Shown here one piece after another: positions 13,938-25,933 of a stretch of 36,919 nt of DNA. Origin of the DNA: Conidiobolus incongruus B7586 (Eukaryota); the NCBI GenBank assembly GCA_000697335.1, contig JNEM01010164.1:1-36919 (forward strand), read 5' to 3'. Below the pieces are notes generated by a model that was given only the letters and a program-made list of their open reading frames with translations, was not told the origin of the DNA and did no database searches. Numbering within the stretch: position 1 is the stretch's first letter; every line of letters starts with the position of its first letter. A program made the position numbers and the translations under genes.

Positions 13938-15065
13938 CTATTTAAACCCCTTATCATTATCCGAAATCATTGACAAAATAAGATCCCTTCTCTGTAACGC
14001 TAACTGCAACGATTGTTCTAATTTATCATGATTTAAAGTATGGACTCCAACGTACTGAATATTTCGAATATTGCCAGAATTGTCTACCAATATGGTAAAG
14101 GTTTCGGGAATGCTTGATTCTTCTTGGTGGGTGAGATCACTGAGAATAATGTCGCTAAGTCATAATGTTAGTGTATTAATTGTAAAAGTTTGATATATAT
14201 TTACTCATTCCATATGCCGAAAGTGAGGGGGTAGATTAATGTTTTAATATTTAAGGGACTGAGTTCTGTAGGGTTCACTTTGACCATGCCTTCCTCTTCG
14301 TAGAATTTGGCTCGGGGTAACTTGACTAAATCATTGAATTAATATACATTCACAGAATAACCATGCGGTGAAAACATACCACTTGAAAGAGCTGCGCTAA
14401 GGGCAATGATAGAAGCATCCAAAACACTACCACCATCTGCAATACATATGATATCAATGTAAAGACACCATACAGCTTTACCAGATTCGATGCAGAGATC
14501 TTTTAAATCTACCATATTACAACTAATTCAATTAAATAATATTAATATTTCGTTATTGAATGAAAATAGTGTAATAATTACGTTTTGATAATACGTTCCA
14601 AATGATCACTAATCAATTGAGCTTGATCATTAGGAGGTCCTGGTTTAATATGAGGAGAGCAAAGAGGTCCCATTTCCAAATTTGGCACTAATCACAATCA
14701 TTGATAAATCAAACATATTATAATAATTAATGAATTTTAAAAAATTATATTACCTATAAAACCATGGTCAGGAGTTTCAAATAGAGGAGGAGCCACTTCA
14801 GCTTTAACACCACATACTACAGTAGTGGATCCCAATTTAATCATACATGAACCATCTGCAGTTTTAATGGAATCTAATAGAATAATTAATACATATAATA
14901 CTCATTAATTTAATAATTAGATTTACTTGTGACGATATCAATAGGTCTTGATTCATTAAATTGTCTGCTATCAGGTCTCAGACCTTGCTGTAAAAATTTA
15001 TTTAAGAATTCTTTAGGATGAACTTTTTGGAATGTTAATGCTGCATTATAGAATGATTGACTCAT
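13938..15065 (-). CDS. RRP43: Exosome complex component RRP43/EXOSC8 (RNase PH-like), 6 exons, ~281 aa
   Basis: Manually spliced exons 15065-14927, 14873-14754, 14687-14582, 14522-14380, 14325-14205 and 14154-13938 are all GT-AG and in frame. Protein: FQKVHPKEFLNKFLQQGLRPDSR...TADGSCMIKLGSTTVVCGVKAE...GFIVPNLEMGPLCSPHIKPGPPNDQAQ...DLCIESGKAVWCLYIDIICI.DGGSVLDA. Missed by the ORF track because the exons are short. Confidence 0.92.
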
Positions 15066-15427
15066 ATTTATTTTTTTTGATCGAATTGAATTATATAAAT
15101 TATATGGGAAATGCTGAAATAAATATTGATGGATTTGATGTAAAAATTTGTGGGATAATGTTTGATAATATTTTAAATATAAAATATAAAAATTTTATAT
15201 CCATAATAAATTGAATATGAAATAATATTAATAATTTAATGATCATTAAAATCATAATATATTAATAGTATTTTATTTATCCAATAATAAAAGTTTGAAA
15301 TTTATAAAAATGAATTTAAGGATTAAAACCCATAATTTAATCCCTGATTCAACTTCTATATCAACCTAAAATTGATCCAACATTTTTGATTCACATCAAC
15401 ACTCTTAAACATAAAAATCATAATAAT

Positions 15428-16070
15428 ATGGGATTTTCAGGATCAACAAAGAGTGGAGGACAAAAAAAGAAGGGACAAAAACATAAGAATCAATATGCTT
15501 ACGTTCACCAGAAGCAAAGTTCCGTCACCGCTAAAATTAAGCAAATGCCAGTTCACGGTTTATGTTCTCGTTGTGTTGAGCAAATTTTGTGGCGCAAACA
15601 ATTCGGTAAGTATAAACCTTTGACTGTGCCTAAGAAATGGTAATTGGAATTATCATTAATAATTAAAAGGTATATTAATTCTTTGCTAGTGTGGGTTGTC
15701 AACAAAAAACTGTGAAAGAAGCTTATCACATTTTATGTAACCCTTGCGCCAAAGCTAAGAAAGTATGTGCAAAGTGTCAAGCTGCCGAAGAAATTGTCAC
15801 AGATCCTAGGTAGCTACATTTATCAATTGTTTTATTATTATATATTGAATATTGTATAGTGAATATAAGACAGATGACCAAAAGGCTGCTGAGCAACAAC
15901 AATTCGACAATTGGCTGAGATCTTTGCCGGAGCGTAAGAGACGTACCGTGTTGAGAAAGATGAACAAGGGAGAAGAAGTTGAACCTGGAGAAGTTGAATC
16001 CGACGATGATTTGGACTTCGGTTCCGATTTAGACGACGAAGATTTTGATTCTGAAGAAGATGAAGAATAA
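15428..16070 (+). CDS. C9orf85/DUF2039 family Cys-rich protein, 3 exons, ~180 aa
   Basis: Exons 15428-15639, 15690-15809 and 15860-16070 are separated by two 50-nt GT-AG introns. Motifs QKHKNQYAYVH, GLCSRCVEQILWRKQFGKYKPL..PKKCVGCQQKTVKEAYHILCNPCA...VCAKC, then LPERKRRTVLR and an acidic tail. Confidence 0.88.
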
Positions 16071-16577
16071 TCATCCATTTCATTCCTTAAAAGTATAATT
16101 CTTGGTTCATTTCATAGAAAATTATTACAATTAAATAGATTATGTTAATTAATTTGGTATTTTTATTATTCATGGCATTTTGTTCAATATAGATATTAAT
16201 TGTTTAATTATTGATATAAAATAATTTATTACTCTAAATAATTTTTAAATATATGATGAATAATGCATATGCCAGTAGTATTATTTATCTTTCTATATAT
16301 TTCTAATGAACATAGTATATATGTTTTTGTTATATTTTATTACAATGTTTAACCATTATATATTCTTTCATAACTATATTTTTTACATTGATTTAAATTA
16401 TTTTAATGTTGAAACATCCATTATGATTTTATATTTTGAATAGAAAGTGTTAAATTATGAATTAACATTGTGACTACTATAATATTACCAAAAATTCAAT
16501 TAATCAATCAACCTTATAAAATTATTCAATAAATTAATTATTAAACATTTTTGTCAAGAATTTTAAATTTAATGAAT

Positions 16578-16749
16578 TCAGGAACAGTCTCAGTCGATAA
16601 AGCGCGACCAAGAGACGTAAGTTCCCATATTACAAAAATTGTGCCAGCAAAATCTTTTGATAACGATTCTGTACAGTAAAGGAAACTGTATGGTATACTT
16701 TTCCTAATTGAACCAAAGCCCAATTAGAAAAAACCACTGACCCTTTTTT
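16578..16749 (-). ncRNA. RNU11: U11 snRNA (minor spliceosome)
   Basis: Minus strand, in order: 5' AAAAAAGG (complementary to the CCUUU of the U12-type 5' splice site); closing helix GUCAG/CUGGC; SL I UUUUCUAAUUGGGC-UUUG-GUUCAAUUAGGAAAA; SL II UACAGU/ACUGUA; SL III CAGAAUC-GUUAUCAAAA-GAUUUUG (human: GGAAUCGACAUCAAGAGAUUUC); Sm site AAUUUUUG (+ strand 16633-16640); 3' SL IV GGGAAC..GUCUC..GGUCG/CGACU GAGAC GUUCCU. Confidence 0.9.
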
Positions 16750-16947
16750 AATCAAATATGGTATAATTTCTCATTATTTAAATTTTGTATTTTAGTGTAA
16801 GAATAAATTATGGGATTTTATTCTAGATAAATGAAAAGACATCAATATCAAACCATTTAATTTAAATTTATAAACATTCACTTCTTAAACCGAATTAATT
16901 AGAATAGAATACTATTAAAAATATAAATTCATAATTTAAACCCAATA

Positions 16948-18919
16948 ATGAGTTCACATTCCAAAAAATACGAATTAGTTGAATTACCGCCTGAATTGGA
17001 AGATTTATTAGAACGCAAAGCGAAAAAAAGCAAATCTGACAAAGATAAAAGTTCAAAACATAGAGCCAAAGAAAATGATAAAGATAGACATAGGAGTTCG
17101 GATCATAAGAGTAAAAAAGAGAAAAAGTATAGGAATGAAGATTATGAAAGAGATGGTTCTCATAAACATAAAAAATCTAAGAGGGATAAGGAGGATAGAG
17201 AAGATATAGATGACAAAAATGATAAATTACCAATTGTTGAAAAACTAGATACAGAAAGTAAAATTATATATTATATATTTACTGATAATATTATATACTA
17301 ACAGTTTTCAATAGTATCGAAGCCTCCAGTTAAAAGAGATAGTTGGATGACAGAAGAGCCTACAGGTTTTTTAGCTATTGGTGAAAGTTCAAAACGTGTT
17401 AAAGAATCTAAACCCATCATACCTGACACAGGGTTTATCATTTCGGACAGGGAAGCAAATCCTTATCTCAACGGCACCAAAAAGTGGGAAGACGATTTCC
17501 CCAACAACACTACTTTTACAGGCCCTTCAAACATCCGACAATATGAGGAGGAAATTCAACCCGAAGAAAAACCTACCCAAGTTATCGATAAAGCAGCACT
17601 CACCGACCAATTAAATCGTTTGAACAGCAAAATTTTAAAGGCGAAATTGAGGAAGAATAAGGATGAGGTAGATAGGCTACAAAAAGAGTACGATGAGTTA
17701 CAAGCCCAAATTAATGAAACTTTATTATCTCAAGTAATCAATTTTTATTTTGCAATTATGAAATTTTATTAATTTTGAATTTTAGTTGAATGAAAATGCT
17801 AATAAGGTGGTAATTTTGCCTGAATTCGATATGAGGGGAAGACATGTGGATGTAGGTAGTGATCAAAAGCAATATTCTTCCAAAGCGTCAAAGGTAAATG
17901 TTAAAATTTTACCTAATGATTTTTAATTTCTTATCTGTTTTTAAATAGTCAACTGAGCCTAGTACCTCGTCTTCCATCGACTTTTTTAAACTGGCCAAAA
18001 TGGAAAGACAATCTGCTGATATGGATTATGATAGACAGTTTGCTAGTCAAATTGCTCGAGATGCAGGATTTAAGGTATTATAAATATAATAAATGACACC
18101 AATTCGCTAATATTATTATTTTAGAATGATACAGACTATATGGATGATACAGCTGGCCATTTATCTAAACAAGCATCTCGCTCTGCTATCTCTAAACGTC
18201 ATTCAGCTATCAACGATTATAAGCGAAGTGAGAAGGCACTTGAGCGTTGCTTCTACTGCTTCAAAGATCAAAATACTGTGCCTATCACACCTGTAGTAAG
18301 TCTTGGTCATCGTGTATATCTTGGATTACCAAATGTCAAGGAGCTAGTCCCCGGCCACTGTCAAATTGTTCCCATCGAACATACTATGACTACACTAGAT
18401 TGCGACGATGATACTTGGACAGAGATTCGAAACTTCATGAAATGTCTAATTAGATGCTTTGATTCCAAGAACTGCGGTGTCATCTTCATGGAAACAGTGA
18501 TTGATCTGAAATCGTACTATCACACAGTGATCGAATGTATTCCCCTTCCTTACAACCAATACGATGATGCTCCCGCATACTTTAAGGAAGCTTTATTGGA
18601 ATCAGACTCGCACTGGTCTCAACATGCAAAGGTCATCGACACATCCAAGCGCGGATTCAGACGCTCCCTCACAAGCAATTTACCCTACTTCCACGTGTGG
18701 TATCATCTCGACGAAGGCGTTGGTCACGTTATCGAAGAGAGGGAGAGATTTCCTCAATGGTTTGGCAAGGAAGTGGTAGCAGGTATGTTAGATTTAGATC
18801 CTTCCAGGTGGAGAAGACCTGATCGCTATAATTCCACAGAAAATAACTCGAGAGTTGATACTTGGAAGTCTAAGTTTAATTGGAAGGATTTTGATTGGAC
18901 TGGTGTCTTAGATGAATAG
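16948..18919 (+). CDS. CWF19L2: CWF19-like protein 2 / Cwf19 (CwfJ C-terminal domains; intron-lariat spliceosome component), 5 exons, ~585 aa
   Basis: Exons 16948-17257, 17315-17733, 17786-17893, 17949-18074 and 18125-18919 are GT-AG and in frame. Lys/His-rich N-terminus, KRDSWM, 'DREANPY', 'LNRLNSKILKAKL', CFYC, GHCQIVPIEH, 'WTEIRNFMKCL', 'HTVIECIPLP', 'APAYFKEAL..S..HWSQH', 'LPYFHVW', 'GHVIE', 'FDWT'. Confidence 0.93.
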
Positions 18920-19237
18920 CAATATTTTAATTTATTTATATTAGTATATCTTTATTATGTATTATATTATACACATCATATATAAACTATGCATTAGTTA
19001 AAGTTTGCATATAATAATTTGAAAATAAAATAATCTATTAATTGATTTTAGTCATAACATTCGGATATTATTCTAATTTTTAATTCAGTAATTAATTATC
19101 AAAATTATTCATTTAAATATTAATTTTTTTAAAAAATATTTATCATGATAATATACTAAAATGAAATTTTGAATTAGATTATAATACAAATTATCTAAAA
19201 CTAGTTGAAATCCATTTAAAAATTTAATTAAATGGAA

Positions 19238-20145
19238 TTAATATTTATGAACATTGATTTTCAAATGTTTTGTAAACCATTCTACGAGATCAATATCGCA
19301 AGGATCAATTCCCAAAGCCAAAGTTCTGTCAACATTCAAAACACAATCTTCAGGCTCATCAATTACAGCATCCTTAGGCCATTCAAGCTCTGGTTGAAGG
19401 TGACCAATTGAGACACCAAGGATTCTTCCAAACATCTCGCAGATTTCGTATTCAGTAAAAACCTTAGTGTTTGAAATATGGATAATATTGGGAAAGTTTG
19501 ATGTATTATTTGTAAGCTTTTCGGCAATTTGAAACAAACTTCGGGAAATGCCTTTTACATGAGTGGGAGTTCGAGTAGAGTGGTGATGGATAGTTATAGG
19601 TTAATCCTATTTCTTTACAATGCTAACCATACTATTGACAGCCGACTCTCCGGGATATTCGACATTACCAAGAGGACTGGGACACGAATCGAGACACCTT
19701 TGGGAAAAACTCTATGGATAGCTTGTCCACCTTGAAGTTTGAACAATCCATAATAATTCTAAGGGTTTGGAAGAGCATCGATATCATATGGAGCACCGGT
19801 ACCATCAAAGATATAGTTTGTACAGGTATAAATTAACTCTGAACTGTGTTTCTTGCACTGGGTAACTAAAAATTCAGGTACTTCAACATTCATGTTATGA
19901 GTGAAATCCTTTTGATTCTCAGCGAAGTCGGGATGACGTAGAGCAGCGCAATGGATAAAGACGTTTGGCCGATGCTTATTGAATAATCCTTCGACTTGAG
20001 ATTTGTTGGTAATATCGGTTTTTACTCAATCTCCACTTGCTCTGATTGAGCTATACCAATGGTTTCCCAGCCATTTTTTGAAAGTTTAGTAAACTTCTCT
20101 ACCTAAAAGACCAGGTGCTCCACTAATTGCTACTTTTTTAACCAT
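19238..20145 (-). pseudogene. MAT2B/RmlD-like SDR pseudogene (copy A)
   Basis: ATG at 20145 reads MVKKVAISGAPGLLGREVY*, with a premature TAA at 20086-20088 followed by frameshifts. Colinear with 31560-32471; the 3' part remains open (19238-19537). Confidence 0.9.
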
Positions 20146-20688
20146 GATAGTATAAAATAATCAAATTGACTAATCCTTTAATCTGTATATGGTTTGATTA
20201 AACATTTGTACAATCAAATTCAGCATTGATTTCAATTATGTGAAAAATTCAAATGTTGAAATCCACTAATATTTTATTCAAAATAATGATTTATTTAGTA
20301 TTACACATCACTAGTATGTCAACAATGCCTCAAATGATTTTTATATTTTATTTTCAGCATTTTTGTACTAATAAACTAATCCTTTAAGGTGATATGATGC
20401 ACATTAAATTCATTTTATATCCATTATCAGTAGTGGTTTTTAATATAATTTTTATAAATTTTTACTGGAAAAATTGTAATTTTTTACAGTTACAATGGTT
20501 CAAAATTTGGTTTTTACTCATATAATTTACCAACCAGCTCACTAATTGTTTTGTTTTAATATATCTACATAATTTATACATGACTCCTACAGGTTTATTT
20601 GAACTAAACATAATTCTCAAAATTATTAAAACTAATAATTTTTTATAAAATACTGTTGCATTTATGCTTTAAAATATAATTGAATCTA

Positions 20689-21967
20689 TTACCTTAAATT
20701 TGAATTAATGGGAAATTTTTTAATTTCTGATTTTTCAAATATATTATTAGTTTGAAATAAATAAATATATACAAACTTAATAGGAAATTATTTTTTTTAA
20801 TATATATAATAATTTTTTTGATTAAATAATTAACTTTTTGAAATTGGTTATTTAATTTAATCATATTTAAATTAAATAATAATCATCAAAAGTTTTTTAT
20901 TTTAGTATTAATAAAACTTAACTATAAGCCTTTTAAAATTATTTAAAATTTACAAGTAGTTTTTAATAATGAAACATTATTTAAATTAACAATTTATTAC
21001 TAGGTAAATTACTATAAAGTTAAAAAAACTATTTAAAAATTATTAAAATTTAAAAGATTAACTTTAATTATTATTTTTTTGATTATTAATAAAATGAAAA
21101 AATATATTGAAAAACACCTTTTTATTTCAACTAAAGAATTACCTAAGCACTTTAATATTAGTTTTATAAGTATTTTATAAATATTAAAGTTTAAACTCAA
21201 ATTAATAAATAAAAATATAAAATAAATACCTTATAATTTAATTAAAGCTTAAAAAAAGTTAAAGTAGTTATTACTAAATAAAACTTATTAAAATATTATT
21301 AGAAGCTTAAACTTTTATAGTAAATAATTATAATTGATGAATCTTAAATTTTAATATATAATCTTTTATTAAAATACAAATCAAGATGTTAAATTAAGTT
21401 AAATCAATCTTTTTTATAAATCACTTTAAATAAACATTTTGTTAATAAATAAATATTAATTATTATAATAAATTATAATGGTATATACAACTATTATTTA
21501 ATTTTTGAAGGAAAATCAATTAATATTAAACTTTATATTGTTTTTTTAAATAAAAGTATTTTTAATTAGTGTTCTCAATATAATTTGAGAAAACTTATTA
21601 TTTTACATAATGATTTTAAAATACATAAATTTAAAGTTATAAAAAACTTTCTAATTAAAAATAACTAGAAAAAACTACCATATCTAGTATATTCTTTAGA
21701 TTATAATTACTTTAAGCAATAAAAAACTAACTTATAAGAAAATTTCTACAGGAAATTTTAATTGGTTTATAAAACATCAAATTTCAGACTTTAATAAAAA
21801 GTACTGTTTTTTAAGTGTTAGAAGTTTGCTAAAAGTATAGCAAAAAGTTATTAATAATAAAAGAAATAATTAAATTTATATTATATATTTATTTTTATAT
21901 ATTATATATTAAAATGTTTTTTTATTTTTAATCACAAAAAATTCCCATTATTAAAAATGCAAAGTAA
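20689..21967 (+). mobile_element. Full-length decayed mariner (Tc1/mariner) DNA transposon, copy M1
   Basis: About 1.28 kb. Imperfect TIRs (TA|TTACCTTAAATTTGAATTAATGGGAAATT...AATTCCCATTATTAAAAATGCAAAGTAA|TA) with TA target duplications. Ghost transposase motifs: *IPYNL (WVPHEL), IDES* (GDESW), LHND (HDNA), LPYLVYSLD (LPHPPYSPD), LLKV*QKVI. Aligns to 36398-36919. Confidence 0.85.
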
Positions 21968-24139
21968 TAGTATAATTAAATATTTAATTAAATTTATATT
22001 TTGTATCCTTGCAAAAAATAATCAAATAAAATTTATAACTTAAGGTGTTAAGTTGTCTAGAATTTTGAAGTCATTATGTACCTTAATAATACTTAGTAAA
22101 TTATTAAATATTGTTTATTTTTCAATCAATATCAAATACTTTTCTATGAATTTTGAATATATATTCTTATTATATTTCCAAACTATTTGAAAACACTTAG
22201 AAACAGAAATATCTGTGAGTGCATATAAATATTTGCCTGATAACAACTCAATATATTATATTTTTCTAGTTAAGATTTTGTGTTAGTATACTCCTGTTGT
22301 AGATATATATACATCTTGTAGGGTAGAGTAATAGCTATTGAAATAGTCAAGTCATTTTCAAACCCAGTATTATTTCATCAAATATCTTAATCTAACAATA
22401 GTTTGATTTTATAAAATACAATGGCTGATTAGATTATCAACTTCTTGATTATCAACCAATTAAAAAGAAAAAAAAATTAATTATATAGATTATATTAAAT
22501 ATATGATTAGCAAGCCTAACTTTATATATGCTTAATATTAATATTCAATTATAATATCAGCAAAATAATTATGAATATAACGAATGAATTTTATAAAATT
22601 GAAAACTTAATATTCTAGTAATTATTCAGCAACCTTGTAAAATATTTTAAAATACTACCAGAGATTGAATTGCTTGAAATGAAGATAATTTCGAGATTAA
22701 AAATAATAGATTTGAAAATAAAGTAGCATATGTATTGTGAAGTATTGTGTATAGTATATTTTTGAAAATTATGTATTAAATCGGTCATGCTCATAATGAT
22801 AACATTATTCAAGTCCTAAAATCAATATTAGACCATTTTTGATAATTTTATATTTTTCATAATGTAATTCATAACATTAACTTTCAAAGTAACATTATTA
22901 ATATTTACCAATGGATATATTTTTTAATTAATAGTACAATTGATTCAACATAATTTTAATTTTCAAGGAAACTTTCATCAAAAATCAATTTATTAAAATT
23001 TTTTAATTCAATTTCTAAATTTTATTCAAAAGTGATGTATATTATAAATATTTATTAATATTCTCTAACTTAATACTAACAGAATTTCAGGTAATGTGAA
23101 AATTTATGACTACCCAAAATTTTAAAGACACAATCTGCTTTGAGGAATATATTATTAATGCTTAGTTGTATATTTAATACTTTATATATTTAGAATGATT
23201 CGATTCATTTGAAAAATGTGGCTAGGTTGGAGAAAACTTGAATAATATGATGTCACAAGTTAAAAGTGATATCAAATATATTTACAGTCAGTAAGCCTTA
23301 ATAAAATAAATTGTACAATAAACATCTTTGTTGTTAAAATATCTATATATAAGTAAATATCATCTATGAAATTCAGATTATTAAAATGAATTAATCATCT
23401 GAAAATAGCCAATGATAACCCATATTGTGATATAGGTCTCGATATTTTAAATATTTCTAAAATACCTTTAAAATATATTAATACAAAATTTTTTCTCAAA
23501 TTGTAATAAATGAAACATTGTAAATGATGAATTTATTAGTAATGTTCTTATTATAAATTATAATAATGATACATAAATATAAATTGGCACCAGGTTTGTT
23601 AAAGTATATAAGATCAAACTTTATAATGTATTTTTTATAATGAATAGATATATATTGCAATTTGCTGTGAAGATAGAAAAATAGTTATATTCAAAAAAAT
23701 ATTAATATATAAACTTCAAAATATTAATTTATATAATATAAAGTTATACAATATTATTAATATTTTTTCAAAATATATAAAAACTATTTAGTTTAGACGT
23801 CATTATAACTAACCAAAATTAATAATTAACAATAACAAATAAAAAAGCATTGATAAAAAGGCGAGTTCCAATGAATACAATGGGCCGAATAAAGTTTCAA
23901 TATTTTTGAATAATTTATTATAATTTTTGGGTCTAAAGTTTTATTATCGTATATCAGTTACAAGATAAAAATCCTTATATCTTACCAGCATTACCAGGTT
24001 TTGTACATTCACCAACTTTAATGCCTTATACAAATATTCAGAAATTCACCAAGTTTTATTAATTTCAATAACAATTTATTATTAAAAATTATAGTATCAA
24101 TTGAATATTACCTAATTGATATATTAATTCAATATTTTA

Positions 24140-25343
24140 TTGCTAGTTTGGAAAGAAATGATAAATTTTTTAGTTCTTAATTTTTCAAATTGATTTTTTT
24201 TTCAAAAATTAACTACATAGAAAATATAAAAGAAAACTAATATTTTCAAACTATATATATACTAATTTATAATTATTTTTTTATTAATATATTTATATTT
24301 AAGAATTTAAAGCTGAATTTAATATTATATAAACAATAATTATCAAAAGTTTTATAATTTAATATTATCAAAACTTAACCATCTATCCTTTAAAATCTTT
24401 TAAAATCATTATATAGCTTATAAAAATAAAAATTTATTTAAAACTACCATTTATTATTAGATTTATTATTTTAAATCTTAAAGGATATTATTAAAAATTT
24501 ATTTAAATCTAAAAGGTTAATATCCATTGTTATTTTATTATTAATTAATAAAGAGAAAAAATATTAAAATTTTTATTATAATTAAAAATTTATCCAAATA
24601 ATTTAATAATAATAATATAAAGGTATTATATATATTATAATTTAAACATAGTTTGATTAATAAAAATAAAATAAATATATTATAATTTAACAAAAGATCA
24701 AAATAAAATTAAAGTAACTAATATTAAATAATTTTAATTATAATATGACTAAAATAAAAATATTTTTATTGTATTATTTTAATAAGTTTTAAATTCCCAT
24801 GTATAAATTTTTATTTAAAAATAAAATAAAATATTAAGTTAAAATAATCTCTTTTATAAACTTTAATAAACAAACACTTTAGTTATAAGTGAGTGTTAGC
24901 TAAAATTAATTATAATTATATATAGAGTTTTATTTAATTTTAAACAATAAATTAATTGATATTATATTTTATATTGTTTTTTAAATAAAACCATTATAAT
25001 TGGTGTTTTTTATAGATCAAATATACTTAATATTTTAAATATTATTTAATATATATTTATATATTTGATTATAACCAATATGATTATAATTGTTTAATTA
25101 ATTAAAAAATATGTTTATAGGTGAAAAAATTCCTGTAAATAAATTAAATTAATTTGCAAAATATTAAATTTCAGTTTTTAATAAAAAACTATTTTCTAAG
25201 TGTTAAAAACTAGCCAAAAATATGGCAAAGAGTTATTAATAATAAAGAGAGTATTAATTGTTTATTGTGTAATAAATTTTATAAATCATATATTAATATT
25301 TTGATTTTAAAATTTAGCCATTACTTTCTTTACCAAAAAAATA
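24140..25343 (+). mobile_element. Highly decayed mariner relative, copy M3
   Basis: The left end (TTGCTAGTTTGGAAAGAAATGATAAATTTTTTAG) resembles the M1/M2 TIR. The 3' segment 'taagtgttaaaaactagccaaaaatatggcaaagagttattaataataaag' matches the M1 transposase C-terminus. Internal deletions are present and the ends are approximate. Confidence 0.7.
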
Positions 25344-25933
25344 TAATTTGTAATAAATTAATATATTAATATATTAATTGATATATTTAGTACTTAACAC
25401 TTCATATTATGTATAATAATATATGGCCAGGCGTGTATATTGGCAAAATTGAAAAGTTTTCATCTCAAAAAATTCATACGTAATATAACAACAATCACAT
25501 TTCATATATTAATTATTTGGAGATGTAAAAAATTATACAAGTAGTAAATAAATGAAAGGGTATATATTAAATAAATATCATCATTTAAATGATAATATAA
25601 AGTATTAATGTTTCGAGAATAATTTGCTATTCGAAAATTATAAACAAGTTGTAATTGATGATTTAAACCTAATATTCCAAAAATTAGAAAGTTTAGAAAC
25701 ACTCAGTTCATTTGTACAATAAATATCCAATATTTGTACTTAGTGTCATAGTTGAAAGTTTTCATTATTTGTATATTTATAGTATTGTGAAAATTTGATC
25801 AAATAATAAACTAATATAAATGATTAATAATAGTTTAAAGGATGTAGTATTCAATTATATTATTGAACAATATACACTACCAGAGATATCGAAAGTTATT
25901 TTATAAAAAAGATTTAAAATATTACAAATAGAA

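Noticed and set aside
16578..16640. Resemblance of ATGGGAACTTAC..CTTGGTC to the RNase MRP 3' region
   Set aside because: No matching CR-I/P4 partner was seen. The 5' AAAAAGG, SL III and Sm site fit U11 much better.
16541..16723. 60-aa minus-strand ORF
   Set aside because: It overlaps the U11-like RNA. The sequence is explained by paired stems and an Sm site, the start is non-ATG and there is no protein signature.
7505..18919. Search for U12-type introns in the spliced genes
   Set aside because: All 12 introns inferred in the intact genes are ~50-65 nt GT-AG with major-type donors. None has an RTATCCTT donor.
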